Of a stretch of DNA of 64,000 bases, positions 30,666 to 42,300 are shown in pieces. The stretch comes from Promethearchaeota archaeon. GTDB taxonomy: Archaea > Asgardarchaeota > Lokiarchaeia > Sigyniarchaeales > SOKP01. The stretch covers positions 416,001 to 480,000 of the forward strand of contig JAHPZA010000009.1 of the NCBI GenBank assembly GCA_019058445.1, read 5' to 3'. Positions within the stretch are counted from its first letter, which is position 1. Each line of letters begins with the position of its first letter. The position numbers and the translations under genes are program-made. The notes under the pieces were generated by a model that made no database searches, was not told the origin of the DNA, and saw nothing but the letters and a program-made list of their open reading frames with translations.

Positions 30666-30727
30666 GTTATTAGATAAATATTGGAAATATTAGTAATATC
30701 TTAGAAAAAATCTATGTATTTAAATAT
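30666..30727 (-). promoter_or_regulatory. Conserved promoter/leader of array copy 2
   Basis: GTTATTAGAT at 30666-30675, ATTGGAA, and TATTTAAATAT at 30717-30727. Confidence 0.62.
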
Positions 30728-30776
30728 GATCGATTTTTTTAAGCCAAAAAAGATTAAGGATGATTTGAAATCCCCA

Positions 30777-30896
30777 TTTTTATCAGATGAATTTCTATAA
30801 AAGATATTCCCTCGAGTAAAAGAGATTTACTAAGTTAAATAGTGGAAGAGTTCATTTTAAAGGTTTTTATCAATTAAAACTTCAAGAATCTAAAGG
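30777..30896. repeat. Second copy of the intergenic block at 22457-22576
   Basis: Direct sequence match visible between the two spacers. Confidence 0.85.
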
Positions 30897-31085
30897 ATAT
30901 AGAGGTTGATAAGTCTTTATTAATAGATTCAAACAAAAAACACATTGAATGAGAGCTATTTAATGAAGTCCTCGTAAGCGTAAGGATTGATGCTAAAAAA
31001 GAATTAATTATAAAAACTTCATTATATTGTAAGAATTCCTTAAAAAATAAAAAATGATAAAAAAAAGAAAAAGTAATGGTTTAAA

Positions 31086-34000
31086 TTATTCTACTAATTT
31101 TTCTCTTGATTTTATGGTAAGAAAGGTATCTTCAAGTATCTCAAGATATTCAATTAGAACTTTATCACTTTGAGATCTTTGTTCATATATATTTTTAATG
31201 GTTCTTAAAAGATATTTTGGAAAGACAATTTCTATATAAAAGTCTGATTGGAGGGCATAATACTCAGTTCCACTCTTGTCTTGAAGAACTTTAATCATAT
31301 TAGCGTCCCACAGTAATTTTAAAACTTTACTTACATCTTCTACTCCCTTCTTTTTAAGTTTTTCAAGATCCTCTTTAGTGACAATAGCATTTCTTAATAA
31401 TTGAAACGTCTGATAAACGTCTGGATATGCTAAAATATTTAGGATTTTTAGATTGTCTAATTCTGTTGGAATGTATTGCTCAAAGTATTTTTTAACCTCA
31501 TTAAGATAATCTTTTGTTAGTTGATTTGGTAATCCACTTTCCTCAGGGTTTTTAAGTAGCTTAAGTGGTGGAACTCGTAGAGATATAAGATCACCGGTAA
31601 GAAAATTTAATTCTGAGGACATCCCTTTAACTGAAACTTGCTTTATTAGCTCTCTTTTTATGAGTTCAGTTAAAACAGCATCTAAGTCGATAAACCCTTC
31701 TTTATATTTGTCTTTGAGCCAAACCATCAATTCCGATTTGGCAATGATCCCTTCATCTCTTAATCTACTTAAAATTAACCTTTTAACTTCATCTTCATAA
31801 GTATTAATAAGATGCTGTTCGTTGTTTAGAGTGGGATAAACCGCTAATCTTCGAAATAGATGAGGAATAATATTTAAATAAGACTCATCTTCTAAATTCT
31901 GTAATAGAATTTGAATAACATCAACCATTCCACCTTCATAAGCATCAGCATCATCCTCAACATTCAAAATTAAAACAAGATAATAACCCTTTTCTTGTCC
32001 AGTATAATAGGATACAATGTTCAATGAACCAACCATTAAATTAATCCTTCCCGATTCTCCTGTATATTCGTGGGCCCCGTATATTTGCATTAGTGTTTTC
32101 CGCGAAATTTCAATATCTTTAGGATATTTAACTAATACTTCTGTACCTATTCTTTCATCCCATTTCATAAGAATTAATCCAGATGGCATGAGATCAAGAT
32201 TTCTCTCTAAATCTTCTTTTTTTGCTTTTATTATTGGCAATGTTTTTGATTTCATAGATTTAATTCCCATAATTTCTTCAATTGAAAGTCCAAGTTTCCG
32301 CCATCTTTCACTTACCATATTTACCATATACGCTTCTTTATCCGCAATTGAGATTGAATCTGAGATTTGTGCTGACTTTTTGATTAAATCTTTAATATTT
32401 CTTATTTTTTTGACAAATTTAGGAATTTTGGCTAATTGGATATATTTATATGTTGCAAGGCTCCCCACAATGGCAATGATAGCTATAAGAAGAATTAACA
32501 GATAAAATGTTGGCATAGAAACTCCTTCTTGGGAGCCTAATCCAGGGATTATGACTAGTTCTTCCATTTCAATGACAATGGTTATATCAGTATCCTCAGA
32601 AGTGTAGTTTGCTTTTGATATTTTGATGGTACCTGTTATCGTATTTGAAGTAAAAAAGGCCTCATACTCATCTGTTTTAAATTCTAATTCATACACCCCA
32701 TCCTCCTCCTCTTCAAATTCAAAATCATCTCCTTCAATCTCTAATATTACCGTTGCTCCTTTTAACGGAATATCTCCTTGAGTTGGATCGGTTAATTCTA
32801 TAGAAAGTGTGATCTTTTCTCCTTTTACTACACTAACTTGCTTATCTTCAAACATATCCCCCAATTCATAATCAATTTCTCTCATATTAACCGATAAGGT
32901 AACTATTACCCGTTTATAAATGTAATTTTGTTTATCTAATTTGATCCATACCGTATAGACTCCAGGATTTAATGTTTCAGTATTAATATCTAAAATATAC
33001 TTATTATTATTGTCATCAAAATCCAGATTTCCAGCACTATAGTCAATAGATTGTTGATTTGAACCCTCAATAGTAATTCTATATTCTTGAGTATCTAAAT
33101 TTATGATATCAGTGGTTAACATCGCATCTGTATATGAAAAAGTAAAATTTACTGCATCATGGACATATATGTTTTGATATAACTGAATGTCAGTGGAGAT
33201 CCCATTAATCAACGTCAAGCGCTTCAATACATTTATATCCAATTCTTTAGTTGCGTTTTCATAGTGATCTTTTGAAACAGTAAATTCCACAGTAAATCCC
33301 CCAGCATTAATTAAAGAAGTATCAATAGATTGTGTAAAATGCATTCCTAATATATCAGAATAATAATCTTGCACGGTACCATGTATATCTGGATCTTCTC
33401 GTATTTTAAATGTCACTGTGCTAGAAATTTCATAATGCACAGTTCTTAAATAATTGATACTAAAAATAATCGTAAAATTAACCGCTTGATTGGTTTCTAT
33501 ACTCGCTAAATAGAGCATATTCTTGCTAAAACCTCCCAAGAAAAATGAACCCTCTCCCTGAAGTGTATTTGAAATGCTATAGGTTTGCCCTCCGATAGTG
33601 ATATTCATTGCTAGCTCTGATGGAAAAAAATAGTCAATGCCATCAGTAATATCTTTAATAATTAAAAAGGTACCCTGATCATCAAAATTATTGTTAAACA
33701 CAATACTGAATTCCTCTCCATTACTGAAATCATGCTCAATTATAGTCACACTAATATTTTCTAAATGGTGATGCCAATAAAATCCCTCATAATATTTCAC
33801 TGTAATATTGACATCAAATATAATATCTGAACTCTTAAAAATATGGAATAAAAATTGATTGTCAATAGGATAAATCGTTATATTGTCAATATTGACTCTT
33901 GCCATTCCATTACCAAGGTTTTCTAACGTGTAATTATACCCCTCATTTGTCATGAATTTTGAAATCACAGTATTCGGATTATCTATTAAACTCCAATCTG

Positions 34001-37000
34001 AAGGATTACGACAATTATAGAGGTTAAAGGTTATGTTTTTAATAACCCAGCCATTTTCATCTGATATAATGCTAATCTCATCCGTCACATTAAATTGGAT
34101 ATATTCTACATTAACTTTATCTCGTAGAAACCAGGAGTATGCAACAATATCTACCGTATCATCAAACGAGCCTCCAATCGTAAATCTAAAACTATTATCT
34201 CCCATAGGACTGCATGTATCTAAGTCGAGAGTGATCCCTTTCCACCATCCTTGAAGATAATTGTATTCACTACCCAAAACAGTCGCATTGGTTTTATGCC
34301 ACATCCAAAACTCATTATGAGGGTCTATAAATGTAATATTTATATCACTTTCAGCAACGTTCCAGGAAATATTATAGATATTGAATGTAATTCGCGATAA
34401 ATTCCAATCACTGGAGATTTCAGGCACTACGAAGCTAAATGTATGGTCAACATCTTGAAAAATAGTATCCTCGACAAGGATCTCTTCAGAAATTTCACCA
34501 TACGGTTTAACTGACAAGTCAATGCTCTCTAACCAATAATCCTCTTGAAGAGAATCATCATTTTCTGTTTGATTTAAGATCAGATCGATCTTTTGGATTT
34601 CTAAGGGAAAATATAAATCGGAAGGGATGCTAAAGCCCGATTTTTGAGCATATATTCGTATAATATAAAATTCACCCCCCGCCAATTTCGTGGTATCAAT
34701 ACTGACGTGATGTCTTCCCGAATTGCCCTCTTCAATAGAGATGGTTCCTGAGTAAAGGGGAGTAACTCCAGATAAGAGCTGATATGTCATTGAATCTGCA
34801 TAAGTGGGACCTAATAACTCAGGATGACCCTTTGCTTTACTTACATTGAATAAGAAACGCAATTTCAATTGTGCCCCCCACACAACCGCAATATTATCTG
34901 TAGGATTTAACGAAATTATCTCTGTACCGTAATCGGCTATATCAATATCATAAATCTTTAGATTAAAAGTAGCTTTAGCAGCCACTATAAAACTCATATT
35001 ATTGATAAATGGAGGAGGCCCGACATTTGTGCTATTGAACTCCAATATCCCTCCAAAAAAACTCAATTGTAATGAATAGTTCCCATGTATTCCAGAAGAG
35101 TTTAACCACCTTAAGGTTGCTTTCCCGGTTATATCTGTGGTTAAATTGGTGATGCTAGCTCCTAAAGTGTCGTTAATTCTTAAGAGTACTTTTACTCCAC
35201 TCATTGCTTTCCCATTTTCGTCCTCAACAAAAAAATCCACGGTCGTTAAATTTACCTTTATTTCAAGGGTAGAATTGGGGGTAAGGAGATCTCCTGATGC
35301 CAAAAGAATTTCGTGCGGATTATACATATTGTCGAAATAATGGATCGTATAGTTGTACTCATACGGGGTGACATTCACCCACCAAAATATCGCTGTACCA
35401 TCATTATCAATCGTACAATTTTGGAGACTGTGTGAACTATTACCTACTATAATCCAACCAGAATCTACAGGAATATCATCAATATCCACTATGTTAAAAA
35501 AATTAGTGCTAACGTTGCAGATTAAATCCACCGTTTGAGACAATTCATTAATTAAAATTGCTTCGGAGGTAATGTTAATGATTTCTAAATAATTCCCTAT
35601 ATCTGAGGTCATGCTTGCTGTAAAATTATACTCTCCCACATCTATATTCGTATGGAAAACACTTCCATTAATGTTAGTGAAAGCACTCCTAATTAATGCC
35701 GAATTTTGATACATAGAAATATTTACATTTGCTATTGAATTGCCATATAAATCAATTGCATTTACTTGAAGATTTTTACATAATTTTGTGCTCAATATTA
35801 CTTCCGCTCCTATAGAATAAAAACTATCTGGAGTATGTTGATTGTTATATTCCGTTAAAATCCAATTATCAGAATAGAGTCCATCTGAAATTCTAATTTC
35901 ATCTAAAATTCCATCAAAATCATTGCTAGTTAAGGAAAATTGAAGATCTTCTGTTCCGTTCAGGTCACCTAGAGTATTAATATTAGTGCCTGAGTTAATC
36001 TCATATCCATCTTTATAAATACGAATTTTATCGTTATCTCTATCAATCACTCCAACAATATACATCCAATCATCTAAAGTTATGCTAGCACTGGAACTTA
36101 CGCTATTTTCATCTCCATCTGCAGCGTGATAAGCGAGGTCATTTCCACCAGGATCAATAGAAAAACAATAACCTTTATCAGAGATACTTGATGCTCCCTT
36201 ATAGAGAGGAAGTTGTGATGTACCCGTACCGCTATCAATATTTATCCAAATACTAACAGTAAAGCTTCCCGTTCCAAAATCAAAATGTCCATCACTAGGA
36301 TCACCAACATTTACCGTGCCATCAGTACCAAACTCATACGCACCATCAATTTGCCCAGTTGAAGGGCGGGTTACTGCTCCTGAAATCACTCCGGCTTCCC
36401 CATAAGATGTAGAATCTTGTGCATTCCCACTTGGTTCAGAAAGATGCCACACTCCCATATAATTAGCATTCCATACTCCTGTGGGATTCTCCTGTGAATT
36501 CATTGTGGAATTTCCGTAATACATGCGAATAGTAGTATCAATAGAGGTTGATAATTGAGGAATGCGAACCCAAGCCGTTAGCTGCGCATGGGTACTGTTA
36601 AATGTTTGATTAAATAGTTCAATTTCGTGGTCTAACCATATAGATCCTAATGCAAAGGCAAGATCATTGCCATTAGCTTGAACTTTATTACTATCATGTA
36701 AGTCTGTATCTTCAAGATAAATTAATACGGGAAAATTAGTCAGACTACCTGATTCAGGAATTTTTGAACTGTCAATTGTTATAGATTTATAGTAGTTAAA
36801 ATATTCAGCATCAGAAGGAACATCTTCATCTACTTTTGTAGCATTACTAATAGAGTAAAAATCATTTGGATCATCTTGATTAGCAAATTCTGTTTTAATC
36901 CAATCAGCGGAACGTGCAATAGTAGATATGCGAATTTCATCTAACTGTCCTTCCCATTCACCACTCCAGGTTACATTCTTAGGCTGATCAGAATGTCCTA

Positions 37001-39095
37001 TCCAAAAATCTTTTTCTGATGTTGAAGCTTCTATATTATTCGTTTTAGAAAGGATATTAATATCTTGTTCCCCATCAATATAAATTCTCATCCAAGAACC
37101 ATCATAGGTTGCTACAACATGATGCCATGAATTAGTTGTAACATCTGTATCACTAATGAGGTGATGGGTCTGTCCTGGTAAGGTAAACGCTAAATTTAGA
37201 GTATAATGTTCGAATCTAAGACTATAGCCATTATACCAACCCTTATGATTCATAATTCCATAATAATGATCTGATGGAGTAATATTATGTTGTATCCATG
37301 CTTCTAAAGTTATTTGATTGCCAGTAATGTCGAACATAGGATCATCCCCACAATCAATTAAATCATAGTACCCATCCAAGTTATTGAAATCTTGTCCATA
37401 ACCTATTTTTCCTTCTACTCTGGTTGGAACAAATAAAGATTCCCCCTCGCCCCCTTGTCCATGATTTTTATATATACTACTATCACTATATTCATCAATA
37501 TTACCATTCCCGCTTTGATTTAGATGCCAAATTCCTAGAAAATCCGAATCCCATATACCATGTAGATTTTCTTGAGATTTCATTGTAGGATTACCATAAT
37601 ACATCCAAAGCTTCGTATCAATAGAGGGTGATAATGAGGGAACACGAACCCAAGCAATTAATTGAGCATGAGTGCCATTATAAGTCTGATTAAATAATTC
37701 AATTTCATGGTATAACCAGGTAGTACCATTAGTAAAAGCAATATCATCCCCATCAGGTTGAACCGCGGTATGTAAATCAGAATCAAAAAGAGAAACCAAT
37801 ACCGGAAAGTTAAGAAGATTACTTGTCCCAGAAATTTTGGTATGATCTATAGTTATCTCTTTATAATAGCTGAAATCGATGAAAGAAGGAACATATACTT
37901 GTTTTGAGCTACTAACAGAATAAAAAGAACTAGGATCATATTGGTTATTATATTCAGTAGCAATCCAATCTTCTGAACGAGCCATACTAGATATGCGAAC
38001 TTCATCAATCTTTCCATCCCACCATTCATCTTGATCTCCATTATTGCCGATAAATAAAGCATTATCTGACTCATCAAGTGGTCCTGTTATACTATCTTGA
38101 ATTTCATAACTATTTGTTTCAAATCCGTTATGGTATAATCTTAATTTATTATCATCAGATAATCCATCCCATGTCAAAACTACATAATGTTTATTGCCAG
38201 TAGATATAATATTATTCTGGCTTTTCGCATGATAAAGAGTACTTCCTTTCATAAGGTATCCATGAAGTTGTCCACTCCAGTCCGTTCTTAGAACGTATAT
38301 TTCACCACCCTTAGTAACGACTCTTCTCTTCTCTCCTATATCATCTTCAATCCAAGCTTCAATAGTAATGGCATCCGTAATATCTAAACTAGAGCTATCT
38401 TCTATAGTAATATTTGTATTAACTCCATTAAAATCATCAGCCCCATCAATTTTACAGCTGGTATTCTGATTTAAATTACCATTGGGAGTCCCATCATTAT
38501 TATTTCTTGTCGAATCATAATGTATACCTGATGTTTCATGTAAATGTTGAACCAGTTTATAATTATTATCCCATACACCTTGAGGATTTTCTTGAGCTCT
38601 CATATATGGATTTCCATAATACATTCGAATGATAGTATCCTCAAATGGTGAAAGAGCGGGGATACGTACCCATGCGATTAATTGAGCATGAGTATTATTA
38701 AAAGTTTGATTAAATAGTTCTATTTCGTGATCTAGCATTTGAAACTCATTAGAAAAAGCAATGTCATCTCCATCTGGTTGAACCTTATCGTTATCGCGGA
38801 GATCAGTATCAAAAAGGGAAATTAAAAGGGGAAAATCGATAAGATTCCCTATTCCTGAAACTTTTGTATGGTCAATTATAATCTCTTTATAATAGGCAAA
38901 ATCATCCGCACCTAGAGTATGATTTGAAGAGACATAGGGATTAGGAGTTGATTTATTATTATAATTATCTTCAGATTTATAATCATCAGTACTATTAAAA
39001 TTAAAATTTGAAAGATAATATACCTGTGCTATAGTTGAAAAGAGGATTAAAAAAAAAATTATTATAGATTTAGTCTCTCTATTATTGAATTTCAT
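31086..39095 (-). CDS. Giant surface receptor/adhesin, copy 3 (2669 aa)
   Basis: Same architecture. TM at about 32450-32510. Tail starts PSGLILMKWDERIGTEVLVKYP and is a third tail type. Confidence 0.9.
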   Translation of the reverse strand: MKFNNRETKSIIIFFLILFSTIAQVYYLSNFNFNSTDDYKSEDNYNNKSTPNPYVSSNHTLGADDFAYYKEIIIDHTKVSGIGNLIDFPLLISLFDTDLRDNDKVQPDGDDIAFSNEFQMLDHEIELFNQTFNNTHAQLIAWVRIPALSPFEDTIIRMYYGNPYMRAQENPQGVWDNNYKLVQHLHETSGIHYDSTRNNNDGTPNGNLNQNTSCKIDGADDFNGVNTNITIEDSSSLDITDAITIEAWIEDDIGEKRRVVTKGGEIYVLRTDWSGQLHGYLMKGSTLYHAKSQNNIISTGNKHYVVLTWDGLSDDNKLRLYHNGFETNSYEIQDSITGPLDESDNALFIGNNGDQDEWWDGKIDEVRISSMARSEDWIATEYNNQYDPSSFYSVSSSKQVYVPSFIDFSYYKEITIDHTKISGTSNLLNFPVLVSLFDSDLHTAVQPDGDDIAFTNGTTWLYHEIELFNQTYNGTHAQLIAWVRVPSLSPSIDTKLWMYYGNPTMKSQENLHGIWDSDFLGIWHLNQSGNGNIDEYSDSSIYKNHGQGGEGESLFVPTRVEGKIGYGQDFNNLDGYYDLIDCGDDPMFDITGNQITLEAWIQHNITPSDHYYGIMNHKGWYNGYSLRFEHYTLNLAFTLPGQTHHLISDTDVTTNSWHHVVATYDGSWMRIYIDGEQDINILSKTNNIEASTSEKDFWIGHSDQPKNVTWSGEWEGQLDEIRISTIARSADWIKTEFANQDDPNDFYSISNATKVDEDVPSDAEYFNYYKSITIDSSKIPESGSLTNFPVLIYLEDTDLHDSNKVQANGNDLAFALGSIWLDHEIELFNQTFNSTHAQLTAWVRIPQLSTSIDTTIRMYYGNSTMNSQENPTGVWNANYMGVWHLSEPSGNAQDSTSYGEAGVISGAVTRPSTGQIDGAYEFGTDGTVNVGDPSDGHFDFGTGSFTVSIWINIDSGTGTSQLPLYKGASSISDKGYCFSIDPGGNDLAYHAADGDENSVSSSASITLDDWMYIVGVIDRDNDKIRIYKDGYEINSGTNINTLGDLNGTEDLQFSLTSNDFDGILDEIRISDGLYSDNWILTEYNNQHTPDSFYSIGAEVILSTKLCKNLQVNAIDLYGNSIANVNISMYQNSALIRSAFTNINGSVFHTNIDVGEYNFTASMTSDIGNYLEIINITSEAILINELSQTVDLICNVSTNFFNIVDIDDIPVDSGWIIVGNSSHSLQNCTIDNDGTAIFWWVNVTPYEYNYTIHYFDNMYNPHEILLASGDLLTPNSTLEIKVNLTTVDFFVEDENGKAMSGVKVLLRINDTLGASITNLTTDITGKATLRWLNSSGIHGNYSLQLSFFGGILEFNSTNVGPPPFINNMSFIVAAKATFNLKIYDIDIADYGTEIISLNPTDNIAVVWGAQLKLRFLFNVSKAKGHPELLGPTYADSMTYQLLSGVTPLYSGTISIEEGNSGRHHVSIDTTKLAGGEFYIIRIYAQKSGFSIPSDLYFPLEIQKIDLILNQTENDDSLQEDYWLESIDLSVKPYGEISEEILVEDTIFQDVDHTFSFVVPEISSDWNLSRITFNIYNISWNVAESDINITFIDPHNEFWMWHKTNATVLGSEYNYLQGWWKGITLDLDTCSPMGDNSFRFTIGGSFDDTVDIVAYSWFLRDKVNVEYIQFNVTDEISIISDENGWVIKNITFNLYNCRNPSDWSLIDNPNTVISKFMTNEGYNYTLENLGNGMARVNIDNITIYPIDNQFLFHIFKSSDIIFDVNITVKYYEGFYWHHHLENISVTIIEHDFSNGEEFSIVFNNNFDDQGTFLIIKDITDGIDYFFPSELAMNITIGGQTYSISNTLQGEGSFFLGGFSKNMLYLASIETNQAVNFTIIFSINYLRTVHYEISSTVTFKIREDPDIHGTVQDYYSDILGMHFTQSIDTSLINAGGFTVEFTVSKDHYENATKELDINVLKRLTLINGISTDIQLYQNIYVHDAVNFTFSYTDAMLTTDIINLDTQEYRITIEGSNQQSIDYSAGNLDFDDNNNKYILDINTETLNPGVYTVWIKLDKQNYIYKRVIVTLSVNMREIDYELGDMFEDKQVSVVKGEKITLSIELTDPTQGDIPLKGATVILEIEGDDFEFEEEEDGVYELEFKTDEYEAFFTSNTITGTIKISKANYTSEDTDITIVIEMEELVIIPGLGSQEGVSMPTFYLLILLIAIIAIVGSLATYKYIQLAKIPKFVKKIRNIKDLIKKSAQISDSISIADKEAYMVNMVSERWRKLGLSIEEIMGIKSMKSKTLPIIKAKKEDLERNLDLMPSGLILMKWDERIGTEVLVKYPKDIEISRKTLMQIYGAHEYTGESGRINLMVGSLNIVSYYTGQEKGYYLVLILNVEDDADAYEGGMVDVIQILLQNLEDESYLNIIPHLFRRLAVYPTLNNEQHLINTYEDEVKRLILSRLRDEGIIAKSELMVWLKDKYKEGFIDLDAVLTELIKRELIKQVSVKGMSSELNFLTGDLISLRVPPLKLLKNPEESGLPNQLTKDYLNEVKKYFEQYIPTELDNLKILNILAYPDVYQTFQLLRNAIVTKEDLEKLKKKGVEDVSKVLKLLWDANMIKVLQDKSGTEYYALQSDFYIEIVFPKYLLRTIKNIYEQRSQSDKVLIEYLEILEDTFLTIKSREKLVE

Positions 39096-39130
39096 TATAA
39101 AAATTCCTTGTTTATTTTTTTTTTAAAACC

Positions 39131-39208
39131 GTTATTAGATAGATATTGGAACTTAAATCAACATAAAAGAAAAAATCTTTATATTTAAATATAGTATATT
39201 TCTCTCTT
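39131..39208 (-). promoter_or_regulatory. Conserved promoter/leader of array copy 3
   Basis: GTTATTAGAT at 39131-39140, ATATTTAAATAT at 39181-39192, then TTTCTCTCTT (reads AAGAGAGAAA on the coding strand). Confidence 0.65.
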
Positions 39209-39372
39209 CAAAAGAAGATTAACGACCAATATAGAAATAAGCTTTTTATTTAATAAATATAGAAAAATTAAAGATTTAGTTTCGAAATTAATAATATTTT
39301 AGCATCTTCAAATTTCATCTAATTATTCAAATAATATTAATAATAAGAAAAAAATAGATAAGATATTATTTT

Positions 39373-42300
39373 TTATTTTTCTTCTGCATTTAAATTGAGA
39401 TAAGTATTTTCAAGAACATTTAGATATTCAATCAATTCTTTGTCACTTTTAGACTTTTGCTCGTATGCTTGCTTGATAACCTCTAATATGTATTTTGGAA
39501 AAACAAGCTCTATATAAAAGTCCGATTGGAGGGCATAATACTCCGTTCCACTCTTGTCTTGAAGAACTTTAATCATATTAGCATCCCACAGTAAATTTAA
39601 CACTTTACTCACATCTTCTACTCCTTTCTTCTTAAGTTTTTCAAGATCATCTTTCGTGACAATAGCACTTCTTAATAATTGAAACGTGTGATAAACCTCT
39701 GGATCAGCTAAAATATTTAAGATTTTTAGGTTGTCTAATTCTGTGGGGGTATATTGCTCAAAGAATGTTTTGACCTCATTAAGATAAACTTTTGTAAGTT
39801 GAGAAGGTAATCCTTTTTTTTCTGGAGTTTTCACTAATTCAACCGAAGGTATACGAAGCATTATAAGATCACCTGTGAGGAAATTTAATTCTGAAGGTAA
39901 ACCCTTAACCGAGACTTGTTTGATAATTTCTCTTTTTACAAGCTCTATAAGAACCACTTCCAAATCAAAAAGCCCTTCTTTATATTGATCTTTGAGCCAA
40001 ACCATTAATTCCGATTTATCTATTATTCCTTCCTCTCTTAGACGATTTATAGTCATCTGTTTTATTTTATCATGATAGATATTCATGAGTTGCTGTTCTC
40101 TATTAAGAGTAGGATAAACAGCTAAACGTCGAAATAGAGAGGGGATCATCGATATATAAGCATCATCTTCTAAGTTTTGGAGTATAATTTGTAAAATATC
40201 GGCCATTCCCCCTTCATAAGCATCCGCATCATCTTCAAGATTTAAAATTAAAACAAGATAATACCCCTTTTCTGGTCCAGCATAATAGGAAGCTAGATTT
40301 AAGTTAGTTACAATTAAATTAACCATACCTGATTCCCCTGTATATTCATGAGCACCGTATATTTGCATTAATGTTTTACGTGAAAGTTCAATATCTTCAG
40401 GATATTTAGCTAATAGTTCTGTACCTATTCGTTCATCCCATTTCATAAGAAGTAATCCAGATGGCATAAGATCAGCACTCCTCTCAGATTTTAATGATTC
40501 TTTCTTAAAGATAGGCAAGATTTTTCCCTTTTTAACAGGAATTTCGAAAATATCTTTTATCGACAGTCCGAGCAGATCCCATTTCTCACTAACCATATTT
40601 ACCAAATATCCTTCCTTATTTGCAATTGAAAGTGTTTCTGGGATCACTTTAGATTTTTTAATTGCAGCCTTCATAGATCGAATTTTTTTGACAAATTTAG
40701 GAATTTTGGCTAATTGAATATATTTATATGTTGCAAGACTCCCTACAACGGCAGTAATAGCTATGAGAAGGATAAGTAGATAAAATATGGGAATAGAAAC
40801 TCCTTCTTGTGAATCTAAACCTGGAATTATTTCTAATTCTTCCATTTCAATGACAATGGTTATATCAGTATCCTCAGAAGTATAGTTTGCTTTTGATATT
40901 TTGATGGTACCTGTTATCGTATTTGAAGTAAAAAAGGCCTCATACTCATCTGTTTCAAATTCAAATTCATACACCCCATCTTCCACTTCCTCAAATTCAA
41001 AATCATCATCATCAATCTCTAATATTACCGTTGCTCCTTTCAACGGAATATCTCCTTGAGTTGGATCGGTTAATTCGATAGAAAGGGTGATCTTTTCTCC
41101 TTTAACTACACTAACTTGCTTATCTTCAAACATATCACCTAGATCATAATCAATTTCTCTTAGATTAACTGTTAAAGTAACTATTACAAATTTAGAAACA
41201 TAGTTTTGTTTATCAAACTCAACCCATACCGTATAGATGCCAGGTTTTAATGTCTCAGTATTGATATCTAAAATATACTCATTATTACTATCATCAAAAT
41301 CTAAATTTCCTGCTCCATAGTCTATAGATTGTTGATTTGACCCCTCAATAGTGATTCTATATTCTTGGATATCTAAATTTGTGATATCAGTGGTTAACAT
41401 CGCATCGGTATATGAAAAAGTATAATTCACTGCATCTTGCACGTAGATGCTTCGATATATCTGAATATCAGTCGAAGCTCCGTTTATCAATGTTAAACGC
41501 TTCAATACTTTAATATCCAATTTTTTAGTTGCAGATTCATAATGATCTTTTGAAACGATAAATTCCACAGTATATTCTCCGGCATTAATTAAAGAAGTAT
41601 CAATAGATTGCACAAAATATATGCCTGATTCATCAGAGTAATAATCTGGTACGATGCCATGCACATCTGGATCTTCTCGTATTTTATACGATACCGTCCC
41701 AGAAGTCTCATAACATACAGTTCTTACATAACTTACACTAAAAATAATCGTAAAATTAACAGCTTGATTGGTTTCTATACTCGCGGAATAGAGGATATCC
41801 TTGCTAAAACCTCCCAAGAAAAATGAACCCTCTCCCTGAAGTGTATTCGAAATACTATAGGTTTGCCCTCCGATGGTAATATTCATGGCTAATTCCGATG
41901 GAAAAAAATAGTCAATACCATCAGTAATATCTTTAATTATTAAAAAACTGCCCTGATCTTCAAAATTATCGGGAAAAACAAGAGAGAATTCTCCTCCATT
42001 ACTGAAATCGTCCTCTATTATTGTCATACTAATATTTTCTAAGCGTTGATGCCAATAAAATCCCTGAAAATATTCCACTGTAATATTGACATCGAACATA
42101 ATAGCTGAAGATTTAATAATATCAAATAAGAATTGATCATCTAAAGGATAAACCGTCATATTATCAATAATTACTCTTGCCATTCCATTACCAAGGTTTT
42201 CTAACGTATAATTATACCCCTCATATGTCGTAAATTTTGAAATTACAGTAGTTGGATCATCTATTAAACTCCAATCTGAAGAATTACGACAATTAGAGAG

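Noticed and set aside
30954-30994. Second SECIS-core-like hairpin on the + strand (AGC..ATGA-AGTCCT..AGGATT-GA..GCT)
   Set aside because: The upper stem is too short for a SECIS, it is antisense to both flanking genes, and there is no intact + strand gene upstream. At most a chance K-turn-like fold.
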